Origin: Okamejei kenojei | Lineage: Eukaryota | Direction of reading: 5' to 3' | NCBI GenBank assembly: GCA_035221665.1 | Contig: CM069156.1 | Location: forward strand, 17,794,001 to 17,858,000 | DNA: 64,000 nt | In this document: positions 23,940 through 35,923 of the stretch, piece after piece | How positions within the stretch are numbered: the first letter of the stretch is position 1 | Layout of the letters: each line of letters opens with the position of its first letter | The notes under the pieces: generated by a model | Database searches by the model: none | What the model was told of the DNA's origin: nothing | The model's input: the letters and a program-made list of their open reading frames with translations, nothing else | Made by a program: the position numbers and the translations under genes

Positions 23940-25470
23940 TTAGAGTCAAGGCTGTTTTATTGTCATGTGTCCCAGATAGGACAGTGAAATCTTACTTGCA
24001 GCAGCACAACAGAATATGTAAATACAGTACAGCGTAAACAATATATTAAATGAAAAATAAATGTTCAGTGTGTGTGTAGACACGCATGCATAAGTATGCA
24101 TTAAAAACCCAAATGATAATAGTGCAATAATAACAATAATAGTTTATATAGTTCAGAGCTTATTTGAAGTTGTAGTAATTAATGGTTGTTGGGAAGAAGC
24201 TGTTCCTGAACCTGGATGTTATCGTTTTCAGGCTCCTGTACCTTCTTCCTGATGGCTGGGGTGAAATGAGTGTGTGGCCAGGGTGGTGTGGATTCCTTGA
24301 TGATGCTGGCTGCCTTTTTGAGGCAGCGACTCCAGAAAATCCCTTAGATGGTGGGGAGGTCAGAACCCATGATGGACTGGGCAGTATTCACAACTTTTTG
24401 CGGACTTCTTTGCACCTGGGCATTCAAGTTGCAACCAGTCAATATGCTCTCTACTGTACGCTTGTAGGAGTTCAAGAGAATCCAGTCTGACATACCGAAT
24501 CTCTGTAATCTTCTCAGGAAGTAGAGGCGTTGATGTATTTTCTTTATCATTGCATCAGTGTGATGGGTCCAGGAAAGATCTTCAGAAATATGCACGCCCA
24601 GGAATTTGAAGCTTTGGACTTCCTCCACCATTGTCCCATTGATACAGACAGGTTCCTGGGTCCTCATCCTTCCTCTTCCAAAGTCCACAATCAGGTTCTT
24701 GGTCTTGCTGACATTGACATCCAGGTTGTTGTGCTGGCACCATTTGGTCAGTTGACCGATCTCGCGTCTATACTCTGACTCATCACCAACTGTAATTCAT
24801 CCATCAACTGTGGTGTCATCAGTTCGCACTGTGTCCGGCAACACAGTCGTGAGTATAGAGTGAGTAGAGCAGGGGGCTGAGCACACAGCCTTGAGGTACT
24901 CCCGTACTGATTGTTATTGAGAAGCGTTTTTGCCAATTCGAACAGACTGTGGTTTGTTGATTAGGAAGTCAAGGATCCATTTGCAGAGAGATGTGCAGAA
25001 GCCCAGTTCCGTGAGCTTGATAACCAGCTTTTTTTTTTAATCAAAAAATGTATTCAATTATTAAAAAATAATATTTACACTATAATAAAACAAGCCAGAA
25101 CCCACCACCATAATACAATACAAACATATATCCATAATAAACTACTATACAACTATGTTACAATCCTTATTGAGGATACATTCAACACCCAGTGGTCCCG
25201 GAACGCCCTCAGGGTGCCCGTGGACAGGGCGCATTCCCTTTCTAACCCCACCCGGGCGTGGACAGGTTAGCCAGGCCCTTGATAACCAGCTTGGGGGGGA
25301 TGATGGTATTGAACGCCGAGCTGTTGTATGTGTTTCTATTGTCCAAGTAGCCCAGTGGAGAGCCAGCGAGATGGCATCCTCTGACCTACGGTGGCGGTAG
25401 GCCAACTGTAATGGGTGGAGGTTCTTGTTGAGGTCGGAGTTGATGGAGGGGGTCATAATCAGATGCCCGA
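23940..25470 (-). mobile_element. Rex1/Babar-like LINE, decayed reverse transcriptase and 3' UTR
   Basis: Minus-strand peptides PLQLAYRHRRSEDAISLALH and VEEVQSFKFLGVHISEDLSWTHHT..QRLYFLRRL. Frameshifted and carries a nested insertion. Confidence 0.9.
25031..25277 (-). mobile_element. Tx1/L1-like 3' end nested in the Rex1-like element, 15-bp TSD
   Basis: Poly(T) at the left end (poly(A) on the - strand). ORF end ARVGLERECALSTGTLRAFRDHW..VECILNKDCNIVV*. TSD cttgataaccagctt at 25016-25030 and 25278-25292. Confidence 0.85.
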
Positions 25471-25907
25471 GAGGTGTAAGGTCCAGTAAAGAGGTCACTG
25501 GAAAAGTCGGACTTGGAGATCAGCAGCTGTATTGGTGAAACTAAACATAGAAAAGGATATTTCTAAATGTTCTGAAAATACTGTCAAATTTTACTGGAAC
25601 ATGGAAGATTTAGAGGCATAAAAATTAAAGAAAATATTGATGGGAGTTATTATTCGTTTTCCACTGCACAAATTCTGGGAATTAAGTCCTTCATTTTTGT
25701 GATCCACCATATTTGGCAGACTGCTACATTTTCAGGTTGTTGTTTTGCACATGATGTGATTTTTGTTATTGCAGTGTCTGCCCCAGGCATCTTGGCTATT
25801 TGTTTTCTTGTCAATGTTGTTGCAGATTAACCAATGGTGGCTGCGTGACCATTGGCTTGTCTCTTGAAAACTGATGCATTCTGTAATTCTTCCTGCTGTT
25901 TTTCTAG

Positions 25908-26455
25908 GCTCCCCCGTGCACAAGCAGGCTTCTGTCCCCACGTCTTGTGAAAGATTGACATCAAAGAATGCCGAGATGGGAGATGACTGCATTGGGGATT
26001 TTGCCATTGGAGACCGTATCTGGGTGAACGGTGTGAAGCCGGGCATCATACAGTTCCTTGGCGAGGCACAGTTTGCCCCCGGTAAATGGGCTGGCGTTGT
26101 CCTCGACGAGCCAGTGGGGAAGAATGATGGATCAGTCGGAGGCGTGCGGTACTTCGAGTGCGAACCTTTGCAAGGTATTTTCACAAGACCCTCGAAGCTG
26201 GCACTGCACCCCTCGAGTGATGGTGCCGGCAGCGATGCGCTTTCCGGCGAGTCCGTTACGTTTCCAGTGCCAGCCTCGCATCATGGCGCTGCCACCCCAC
26301 CGCTCTCCACTCAGCGCATCAACTGCACCATTCCTTTGAGGGAAAGCATTTTGAACAGCTCCATGAAGACTGGGAACGAGTCGGGATCAAACCTGTCCGA
26401 CAGTGGATCTGTGAAGAAAGGGGACAAAGATCTGAGATGTGGGGATCGGGTTCTG
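25908..26455 (+). CDS. CLIP2: CLIP2 coding exon (human exon 3 equivalent): CAP-Gly domain 1 and Ser-rich linker
   Basis: Acceptor tttttctag|GC and donor CTG|gtaagt. Encodes GDRIWVNGVKPGIIQFLGEAQFAPGKWAGVVLDEPVGKNDGSVGGVRYFEC (GKNDG motif) and the CLIP2-type GNESGSNLSDSGSVKKGDKDLR. 548 nt, phase 1 in, phase 0 out. Confidence 0.97.
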
Positions 26456-27349
26456 GTAAGTTTTCATTCTCTGCATCAAGAGTGCTTTTTGTTTGTGAAA
26501 GAATAACTTGGCAGAACTCTCGATATTGCCTTTAAACAATGGGGTCAATGACAGACGGATTGTGTCTAACAGGACAGTGCGGCAGTGTGTGGTACAACCA
26601 CAGTCTGGTGGCTTACAATGTCCCTGCATCTCCAACGTTAGCTGGAGAAGCTCTCCACTTGTTCCGCTGAACAGATATCTCCAGCAAAAATCTGCAATTG
26701 TCTTATTGTAATGTCTGGGGTTTCTGACAGTAACCCAACCCAGTGATTGTTCATTAATTTTTAATTTAGAGTTAGTGCATCATTACTGGAGCTGTGGTTT
26801 TTTCTGTAATGTGCAACCTTCCCTCTACCCAAACTTACCTGTCAGCCTCTTTAAACTTCAGTTCACTTCCCATCAGTGAAAGGTTAAATGTTTTTAGTTT
26901 TATCTGCTTGACCTGAGCCAGAATCACTGCTGATGTCCAGAATGTGCATAATGGGTGTGGCGGCTTCACCAGCATCTTGCCACGTCTCTAGATTGTGTGG
27001 TGCTCATCAGTTCACCTCCATGAGAGACGCCAAGAACACTGTTAGTCTTAATGGATGATAATGTAAACGGTATTGACTTTTAACTGGTGCCCGTTCTTTG
27101 TAGAGAGATTTGTTAATGTTATTGGTCTAGTCACAGGTATCCTGTGTTGTTCCAGGCAAGAATACCAATTGCGAATTTGAACCTTTTTCTATGGTGAGAG
27201 TTCTATGAGCCATTTATCTTTATTCCAACTTTGATTAACACCACCGGTAATTGTCTGATATCTGGAAGGTGTCCAAGCTATAAAGCACTCCTATCCACAT
27301 ACAGGTTGGAGGTTGTAGTGTTTAATAGCCTGATTGTTCAATTTTTTAT

Positions 27350-27590
27350 TTTTTAGTTTTGGAGATGCAGTGTGGAAAGTGGCCATTCGGTCCGCTGAGT
27401 CCGCACTGACCAGCAATCCCCACACATTAACACTATCCTACACACATTAGGGACATTGTACACATACACCAAGCCAATTAGCTGACACACCTGCCGCGGT
27501 CATGGGGAGAACGTGCAAACTCTGTACGGGCAACACCCGTAGTCGGGATCGCACCCGGTGCTGCAAGGCAGCAACTCTACTGCCGCCCAA
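27350..27590 (-). mobile_element. V-SINE/HE1-like SINE with internal deletions
   Basis: cacattaacactatcctacacaca..ccaagccaatta..cacccgtagtcgggatcg..aggcagcaactctac. Confidence 0.82.
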
Positions 27591-27962
27591 TCATTTTTGG
27601 TGCCTGGGACTTTAGTGGTGCCAGTATCAATTGCTGCTTAACATCCCATTCTTGCATGCTGTTTCAGTTTAGCTGCCAGTACACATGGGCTGAAAGGTTG
27701 TGAGAGGAGATGAACATTGTGTAATACTCATCAAACATGCTCAGCTCTGACCTATGATTGAAGGGAATTGAGAGATGACTTTTTTGGGTTAGGACCTCCT
27801 TCAAACTCTTTTGTCTGAGAATGCTTCAGTCTTGTCTCCAGTTGGGTCTAGTTGTTGATTGAGCTTGGGATTGTTAGAGTTCCCTCTCGCCATTACCTGT
27901 GTGATTGCCCACCTCCTGTCCCAGCTAGATATGGTGCGACCGCAAAGCTTTGAATTGAGTCA

Positions 27963-28235
27963 TTGAGTCTTACAGCTTAGAAATAGGTCCTTCGGCCCTA
28001 CTTGCCCACACCGTCCAACATCTCCCATCTATACTAGTCCCTCCTGCCTGTATTTGGCCCATATCCCTCAAAACCTGTCCTATCCATGTACCTGTCTAAA
28101 TGTCTCTAAAACGCTGTCATAGTCCCTGCCTCAGCTGCCTCCTCCGGCAGCTCCTCCATACACCTACCATCCTTTGCGTGAAAAAGTTACCCCTCCGGTT
28201 CCTATTCAATCTTTCTCCCTTTGCCTTAAACCTGT
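27963..28235 (-). mobile_element. CR1-type LINE 3' fragment
   Basis: ccttcggccc..tttggcccatatccctc..cctatccatgtacctgtctaaatg..aaaaagttacccctc..ccttaaacc. Confidence 0.85.
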
Positions 28236-28449
28236 AGTATTATTTTGCTTTGTCTAACGCACGCTGTTGTTTAACATGCATGTTGCCCTGCATTGCAGCT
28301 TCACCTGGTTGTCATGGTAAGCCTGGAGGGCTCACACTATGTCCTGCCACATTCTTCATTGAGTCAGGGTTGATTTCCCCTGACCTGATATTTAATGAGG
28401 GTGTGAGGGGTACGTGAGCCGTGCTGATACAGTTATGGTAACACACATT

Positions 28450-28600
28450 TAGGTTTATACTCGCGTGTACAGAGGTACAATGAAAAGCTTTGTTTTGCAT
28501 GCTGTCCTGTCAGATAATACTCTACATAAATACAAACTCGGTACAATAGGTAGAGCAAAGGGGAAGATACAGTGTGCAGAATATAATCTTGGCATTGTAG
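28450..28600 (-). mobile_element. Rex1/Babar-like 3' tail
   Basis: gaggtacaatgaaaagctttgttttgcatgc..ggtagagcaaaggggaagatacag..gcagaatata. Confidence 0.75.
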
Positions 28601-28639
28601 TGCACCAGTTCCGTAGACGAGCAGCATTTCTTGATGATC

Positions 28640-29130
28640 TATGGTGTTGGTCTACGGTTCCTCCTGTCATGCTACATAAAACAATGGAGGATCTCCTCGA
28701 TGTGAAGACAGGACTTTGTCTCCCTTGAGGACTGAGCTTCAACCAGTGCTCTTGTGCACACATGTGACTACCACAAGCAGATTGATGAGGACGAGGTGAA
28801 GCGGGTTTTTCCCTTGCTTTGGTTCATTTGCTATCTACCACAGACCCAGTCTGACAGCTTGCCCCTTCAGTATTTGGCCAGTTATATCCCTTATCAAGCT
28901 ACTCTTGAATGAAGGATATTCGACTCCTCCATGCAAAGTGAATACTTTGCCCTTGATAGCTTTGGTGCTCAATCTGAGACCACTGGCTTCTTGCCCTCGT
29001 TTGATCTGATGCCCTGAGATATCTTTGGATCTGGTGTCAATGTTGAGGACTCCAACGGCACTGCGCACCTGGCTGTGTCATCACCGCTAGAGAGCCTGAC
29101 CTGCCCGTGGTGGGCAAAAGGTAACAGAGG
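28640..29130 (-). mobile_element. Ancient LINE endonuclease-region remnant
   Basis: Minus-strand translation resembles the AP-endonuclease end of a LINE ORF2 (TGQILKGQAVRLGLW..PKQGKNPLHLVLIN..ETKSCLHIEEILH). Heavily decayed. Confidence 0.5.
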
Positions 29131-29224
29131 TCATTACTGAGCATGGAAATCTGAAATAAAAAAACAACTGTAAGCACTAAGCGGGTTGGGCAGCATTTGT
29201 GGAAAGAGATACTGAGTTTAGTTT

Positions 29225-29545
29225 TACTTTAGTTTAGTGATAGCACATGGAAACAGGCCCTTCGGCCCACCGAGTCCACGCCAACCGGTGATCCCCGCAT
29301 ATTAACACTATCATTCACATACTAAGGACAATTTTACACATACAGCAAGCTAATTAACCTACATACCTGTGCACTAATTAAGCTGCAACCCTGTGTGTCT
29401 TTGGAGTGTGGGAGGAAACCGAAGATTTCAGAGAAAACCCACGCGGTCACAGGGAGAACGCACAAACCCCGTACAGACAGCACCTGCGGTCGGGATCGAA
29501 CCCGGGTCTCTGGTGCTGCAAGCGCTGTAATTGCACCACAGTGCT
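29225..29545 (-). mobile_element. V-SINE/HE1-like SINE
   Basis: ggaaacaggcccttcggcccaccgagtcc...tctttggagtgtgggaggaaaccgaagat...gggatcgaacccgggtctctgg. Confidence 0.9.
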
Positions 29546-29651
29546 GCCCTAATGTTATAGTTTCAAGTTGCAGACTCTTTATCAGAACAGGGAAGGAGAA
29601 GGATAGAAAAAGGTTGTTGGCCGTCTCTGTAAGGTATTATTCTGTAGATAT

Positions 29652-29942
29652 GGTGGCATAGTGGTAGACTTGCTGCCTTGCAGCATCTGATCCCGATTCA
29701 CTCCTGACCACGGATGCTGACTGTATGGAGTTTGTATGTTCTCCCTGTGACATGCATGAGTTTTTTCCGGGTGCTCCGGTTTCCTCCCACACTCAAGACG
29801 TACTGGTTTGTATGTTAATTGGATTCTGTAAATTGTCTGTAGTGTGTGTGTGTGCATATAGGATAGTGTTAGTGTATGGGAATCACTGGTCGATGCAGAC
29901 ACGGTGGGCCAAACGGTCTGTTTCCGTGCTGTTTCACTAAAC
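29652..29942 (+). mobile_element. V-SINE/HE1-like SINE
   Basis: ggtggcatagtggtagacttgctgcc...gtatggagtttgtatgttctccctgtgac...ggtgggccaaacggtctgtttccgtgctg. Confidence 0.88.
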
Positions 29943-30726
29943 TTGAAAGAAAGGACTGTGTTAGGCTGTTGCTGTAAATTACCCTTTGCCAAATGGTACC
30001 GGGCTCCCTTTGTACTTTACTGCAATTATTGGTAACATTAGTTTTGCTGAAAAGTGGTCGGTGCCAGACAAGGTGCTGTGATCTTCTGGTTTGTCCTTCA
30101 CAAAATGCTGCTTACCCTGGATCTAGATGAACTTGATACTGACCCTTATCCTCAAAGATTTTTTCATCAACAGAGCAGGTACTATTATAATACAGAGCAA
30201 ATGACTATTTCACGTTGCAACATCTGTGTTACCACCGCTGAAAAAATAAGTGCTGCTGTCGTTTTTATTATAGCTATTTATAAAGACTTAAATTATAACT
30301 ATTTGTAAAGGCTTAAAGAGGAGATTGTTGAAAGCGTTTGTTCCTGTGAATGTTCAATGTGCTACTTTACTCTGATCTTAAATCCAATTGTGATTAAAAG
30401 AAGAATTATAAAGGGCTCTGTAATCAACATTTCCACATTCATGCTAGCATTATTCAAATTTGCTCTTGAGAAACGAGAACTAATTACTAAAAGCAATGAA
30501 TGGATACAAGATTATGTGAGATCTGAATGAAGTATCCTCGTCTCTGAATTCTAATTCCTTTGAGAAAAATTGGCCTCTGACTCTCATAGATTTAGCAATT
30601 AAACCATGTGGGTTTAAAGCAACACGTCTGCTAGCAAAGCACGTTTGTGCAGAATACTTCCTGTATTGTAACATATAATGTTCCTGGTCCTTTAAAAAAA
30701 ATAACAGCAGGAAGAACTACCACTGT

Positions 30727-31012
30727 TAAGGCCATTTAGGAATGAGATGAGGAAAATCTTTTTCACCCATAAGAGTTGTGAATCTGTGGCATTCTCCAAC
30801 ACAGAAGGCAGTGGAGGCCAATTCACTGGATGTTTTCAAGAGAGAGTTAGATTTAGCTCTCGGGGCTAACTGAATCCAGGGATATGGGGGGAAAAAGGAA
30901 CAGGGTACTGATTGTGGATGATCAGCCATGATCATATTGAATAACAGTGCTGGCTTGAAGGGCCAAATGGCCTACTCCTGCACCTATTGTCTATGTTTCT
31001 ATGGTTTCTATG
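30727..31012 (+). mobile_element. CR1-type LINE 3' fragment
   Basis: tttaggaatgagatgagg..gtgaatctgtgg..gatcagccatgatcatattgaat..ggcctactcctgcacctatt, ending in (tctatg) repeats. Confidence 0.87.
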
Positions 31013-33449
31013 GTATCCTGCTTAGTGTTACCCTGCAGTGTGGTAGTTTGTTACATGAAAAATAAACTAGATTCTGGAAATCTAAAATAATAACAAAAAA
31101 TGGTTGAAACACTCAGCAGGTCGGGGTGAAAACTGTGGGATGAGAAATAGGTTTATTGTTTCAGGACAAAGGCCCTTCGTCAGAACAGATTTTGACCCAA
31201 AGTTTTAACGGTGAGAAACATAAATAGGGTAGATAGCCAGAGCCAGCTTCACATGGTAGGAGAACTGAAAAATAGACAATAGATGCAGGAGTAGGCCATT
31301 TGGCCCTTCGAGCCAGCACCGCCATTCAATGTGATCATGGCTGATCATCCCCAATCAGCACATCCGAGTAATTTTTTTTTAACAAAATGTTGGCATCGGG
31401 AATGAGTTCCCAGAAGACATTGGGGAGGCAGGAACGTTAACAACATTTAGAAGGAGTATTAACAAGTGCTTGAATGAACTGGACATCGAGGGATATGGAA
31501 TTATGTGGGATTAGAATAAATAGGCATGATAGTCTGCATAGAAAAAAAAGTTGGCCAAAGGGCCTGTCTCTATGCTGTACTTGTGTGTGTTGCATCGAAT
31601 TTAGTCTGGAATCAGGATCTTTGTATCATAACATCAATAGTGCCATAGAATATGCTAGAATTGCTCAACCGATCAGACAACAACTGTGGAAAAAGACATC
31701 TCATTAAAGCCATAGGGTCTTCAATCTGAAACATTAACTGGAACATTGTAATTTCCTTCAAACCATGGCACCATTTGACTTCTGAAGATAGTGGGGGGAA
31801 AATAACATAGAGAAGAAATAATTTTAGATTTGACGGCAGTAACATGGCTCGTGCTTTAGTCCCCGTGCTGAAGACTGACGTTGGGCTATTGCTGGAAAAC
31901 AAAAAAAAAACTACAGATACTAAAACTCGAATTAAAACTGGAAAATAAAGGAAACTTTTAACAGGTCAGGCAGCGTCTGTGGAGATGAGAAGCTGTGTCA
32001 ACATTTTGCCCAACAAGATGGGGATCAATAAACACCAGCCGTGTCGGAAAAGCTCAGGGCCTGAGAATCAAAGTAAAACCAGGCTCTGTCTTCAATGAAA
32101 AATGGTGAGGATTAAATAACGCAAACCCCCCCACCAGCTTCACTGCCCAAGGGCTGATGAAAGGAGCAATGCGCAGTGACTTGGCTGCACAGATGTAGAC
32201 TGGGAGAATGCTATTATCACCTGCCTATGTATTTCATAATCTCAGTCCGGTCACTGGCAGGTCCATCATAAATTTAGGGTTGGACAACATGCTGTGCTTT
32301 CCATTGCTACTATCAGTGGCATTGTGAACACTAGGGGATAAATATGTAATTCGTTGCTCACAATGTGAAGTGTATGGTGCGAAAAGGGAGGGAAAAGCAG
32401 AAAGCCACAATTTAAGCATTAATTTTATCCCATGGCAAATGGATGTGGTAGCTAGATACAGACCTCTGGACGTGGTATAGTCGGTGGTGTGTAAATGGAG
32501 ATCATAACATTACCATCTCGGGATTTAAACCCTTTTCAGTGTATATATAACGGTCTGAGGGAATCCAGGTGCCGGGACATGAGACGGTAAAATGGAAGCG
32601 TGGTGTGATAATAAGTCATCCCAGGGATTAAGCAAAGAGGAAACTTGAGAGAAAGTTGAATATTTGGGCCTGGGAAAAGACAACTTTAGAGTGTATCCTG
32701 CAGTTAAAAAAAAAAAGGAAATACCAATTCCACGGTACTGCTTTGAATCTCATTGAACGTGTGTGCAAAGAGTTTGGGTTCAGGTGTTACATGCTGTCCT
32801 CTTCACATTCCTTCCTTGTTCTCCCTGACTAGCCACCTCCCCACCCCGCCCACCCCCGCCTGCCTCAACCTTGCACGTCCGATCACTTTCTGTTTCTCTC
32901 CCCCCTCCTACTGCGGGCTGACCTCTGAAAAGCTGCGCCTGACAGCCTTCCCAGCAGGAAGACCAATTCCATTAACCACAATTGCAGATGATATGCTGGG
33001 AAGCGATGCTGGATAAATTATTTATCGGGCTGTACACAAGCCGTAAGGTGCAATCTATTTTATGATTAATTTTCAATTGCAGCTTTGAGACAAAGGTATA
33101 AGATAAAGTGCAAATGCAAAGATGGGCCGTTGAATCCCAATCACGCATGAATAAAAACGGAGGGGGGGGAAGACCGTTAAAATGTAGCTCGGCCCCATTG
33201 CTTCTGATGCAGGCGGCACATCAACTATATGTTGTCTGTTAATTAACACACTTTCAGCTCGCAGCCAGTGTGAAGCTGCAGTCATGTACATTCTCCTGTC
33301 AGCAGCAGCCTGGTTTTAACCAGTGACTTGCACATTTCATCCCAGGCTAGCACAAGTATGCAATGCAAGCTAAAACACGGTGGGTGTCAGTAACAGTGTG
33401 TAGAGAGAATGTGTCGGCTCTGTTATGTTTATAATGACCGTAGACGAGC

Positions 33450-33720
33450 TTAGTTTGTTATGGTCACCTGTACCGAGGTACCGTGAAAAGCTTTTTATAT
33501 TGCGTGCTATCCAGTCAGCAAAACGACCATACGTGGTTCCAATCAAGATGTCCACAGAGTGCAGATACAAGATAAAGGGGATAACGCTTAGTGCAACGTA
33601 ATGTCCGATTAAAGATAATCTGAGGGGCTCCAATGAGGTAGATGGTAGATCGGACTGCTCTCTACTTGGGGAGGCCGCTCTGTCAAAGCTTTGAACTGGT
33701 CTAGTTCCCAGAGCAAGATG
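33450..33720 (-). mobile_element. Rex1/Babar-like 3' tail
   Basis: tgtaccgaggtaccgtgaaaagc..gcgtgctatccagtcagc..gataaagggg..ctccaatgaggtagat. Same family as 48341-48507 and 60950-61075. Confidence 0.75.
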
Positions 33721-33750
33721 TGATGGGAGTGCATCCTTGAGCGGAAGCTG

Positions 33751-34172
33751 ACATAGAAACAAACATAGAAAAGGTGCAGGCCATTCAGCCCTTCGAGCCT
33801 GCACCGCCATTCAATATGATCATGGCTGATCATCCAATCAGGTAAATCCAACTCACTCTTAAATATAGCCACTGGCCTCAACTACCCTCTGGGCAGAGAG
33901 TTCCAGAGACTCGTGTGAAAAAAGTCTTGGTCTTAAAGATTTCGCTGTGACCCCTACTTCCCAACATCGGGAGCATCTAGCCTGTCCAAAAGAATTTTGT
34001 AAGTTTCTATAAGATCCCCTCTCAATCAGAGAATAAACCGAGTCTATCCACAGTCCTGCATCCCAGGAACAGTCGCACTCCCTCTATGGCCGTACCAATA
34101 CTCCAGGACCAAGACCCTGTACAACTGAAGTAGAACCTCCCTGCTCCTGTACTCAAATCCTTTTGCTATGAA
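33751..34172 (-). mobile_element. CR1-type LINE fragment with many small deletions
   Basis: Blocks match the reverse complement of 30727-31012 (ccgccattcaatatgatcatggctgatcatcc), but intervening segments are missing. Confidence 0.8.
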
Positions 34173-34227
34173 GGAGATCCAAGAGTAACTCATGGAAAAT
34201 GTGAGCTCGGAATTTGTGACACTGCTA

Positions 34228-34499
34228 ATGAGTCATAGTGATACAGTGTGGAAACAGGCCCTTCGGCACAACTTGCCCTCTCAAGTCCCACCTGCCTGCA
34301 TTTGGTCCATATCCATCCGAACCTGTCCTATCCATGTACCTGTCTGACTGTTTCTTAAATGTTGGGATAGTCCCAGCCTCAACCCCCTCTGGCAGCTTGT
34401 TCCATGTACCCACCACCCTTTCTGCGAAAATGTTATTCCTCAGATTCCTATTAAATCTTTTTCCCTTCACCTTGAACCTATGTCCTGTGGTCCTTGATT

Positions 34500-34500
<1 letters not shown>
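34228..34500 (-). mobile_element. CR1-type LINE 3' fragment, fairly young
   Basis: Minus-strand peptide SRTTGHRFKVKGKRFNRNLRNNIFAERVVGTWNKLPEGVEAGTIPTFKKQSDRYMDR. Abuts a C run at 34501-34536. Confidence 0.9.
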
Positions 34501-34536
<36 letters not shown>

Positions 34537-34834
34537 ATGGATGTTGCACTCTGATTTTATGTATGTGGCTAACGATGGTGTTGGAGGAATTGCTTGGGTT
34601 ACTTTTTGAATGAGGCCCTGATGAACGAGGTGAGAAGCCTTGCGTCTGCAGGGACCCAGGAAGCCCTCCAGCGATGTAGGGCTGAGAGAGAGTAGTGGGA
34701 GAAGATAACCTGACAACCAATGCCAGGTCTCAAGGGCCTGGATGCAGTCTGACACATTCCCCCTCCCCCGTGTAGTCAGGCAGTTTGTGCACCTTCAAAT
34801 GTCACATTCCCACTAAATACATCACTGCCATCTT

Positions 34835-35102
34835 CGGTAGGAAGAAACTGCAGATGCCGGTTTATACCGAAGATAGATACAAATAGCTGGGGTAACTCAG
34901 TGGGTCAGGCAGCATCTCTGGAGAAAAGGAATGGGTGCCGTTCAGGTCGAGACCCAATAGCCTGAGAGGCAGTACCTTCTATATCCCTCGCTTTCCTTTC
35001 CCCTGACTCTCGACCTGAAGAAACGTCTCGAACCGAAATGCCACCTATTCATTTTCCCCCAGCGAAGCTGCCTGACCTGCTGAGTTGCTCCAGCTTCATG
35101 TG
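34835..35102. mobile_element. Fold-back Penelope pLTR-derived insertion
   Basis: Minus pLTR at 34840-34955, a spacer, then a plus pLTR at 35010-35102. Candidate TSD actgccatctt (34824-34834) and actaccatctt (35103-35113). Confidence 0.8.
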
Positions 35103-35585
35103 ACTACCATCTTAGAGCTTGATGTATAGCACCGTCTCTCCCATCCACCGACACTTGTAGGTACACACGATGATCATGGTCAATTACAACCATGGCCCCA
35201 AACTTAATGCAACATCTCATTAAAAATTATTCTGAGAACACAGCAATTCGAGCATAGCTGAAGAGTTGACAGTCAAATCGAGCAATAACTATTGCAGACT
35301 TGCGCTGCAGTTTTCAGAAAATGAGCCAGGTTTCTCTCGTCTTTCCTCAGAGTTCCAATTTTCCTTTTTGTCAAAGTATCTTTGTAAGCCCCCTCTGCAC
35401 CCTCTCCGGTGTAATCAAATTGTTCCTGGAACATGGTCAATAGAGTTGACTGGCAATCCTGACCAAAGTTATGCTGCAAACATTGGAGATGAAGTTGTAA
35501 CAAATGGAAGCTCTAACAATTGGAATAAACGTTTTAGCTCCAGCATCAAACTTTGCCGTTGACTTCCTGTGGACTGCATTTTGAT

Positions 35586-35923
35586 CCGTAGGAAGGAACT
35601 GCAGATGCCGGTTTAAACCAAAGATAGTCAAGTCAAGTCACATTTATTTATATAGCACATTTATAAAACAACTCTCGTTGACCAAAGTGCTTTACATTTG
35701 TTATAAGAGTAGTATGCACACGCAGGCTACATACATATATACAAATAGCCCTCACTCAGAGCACGTCAGGAAAGGCTTGGGAGAACAGAAACGTTTTTAG
35801 ACTAGACTTAAAGGAGTCGATGGAGGGGGCAGTTCTAATGGGGAGCTGGAGTAACTCAGCGGGACAGGCAGCATCTCTGGAGAGAAGGAATGGATGATGT
35901 TTCAGGTCGAGACCCTTCTTCAC
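35586..35923 (-). mobile_element. Solo Penelope pLTR split by an L2-like LINE tail (about 35630-35844)
   Basis: pLTR halves at 35586-35628 and 35845-35923. The insert begins (caagt)n cacatttatttatatagcacattt..aaagtgctttaca. TSD actgcattttgat (35573-35585) and actgcactttgat (35924-35936). Confidence 0.8.

Noticed and set aside
1-25907. Canonical CLIP2 first coding exon (MQKPSGLKPPGRGG-like)
   Set aside because: Not found by eye. It probably lies upstream of the window, so whether 1-25907 is intronic is inferred, not shown.
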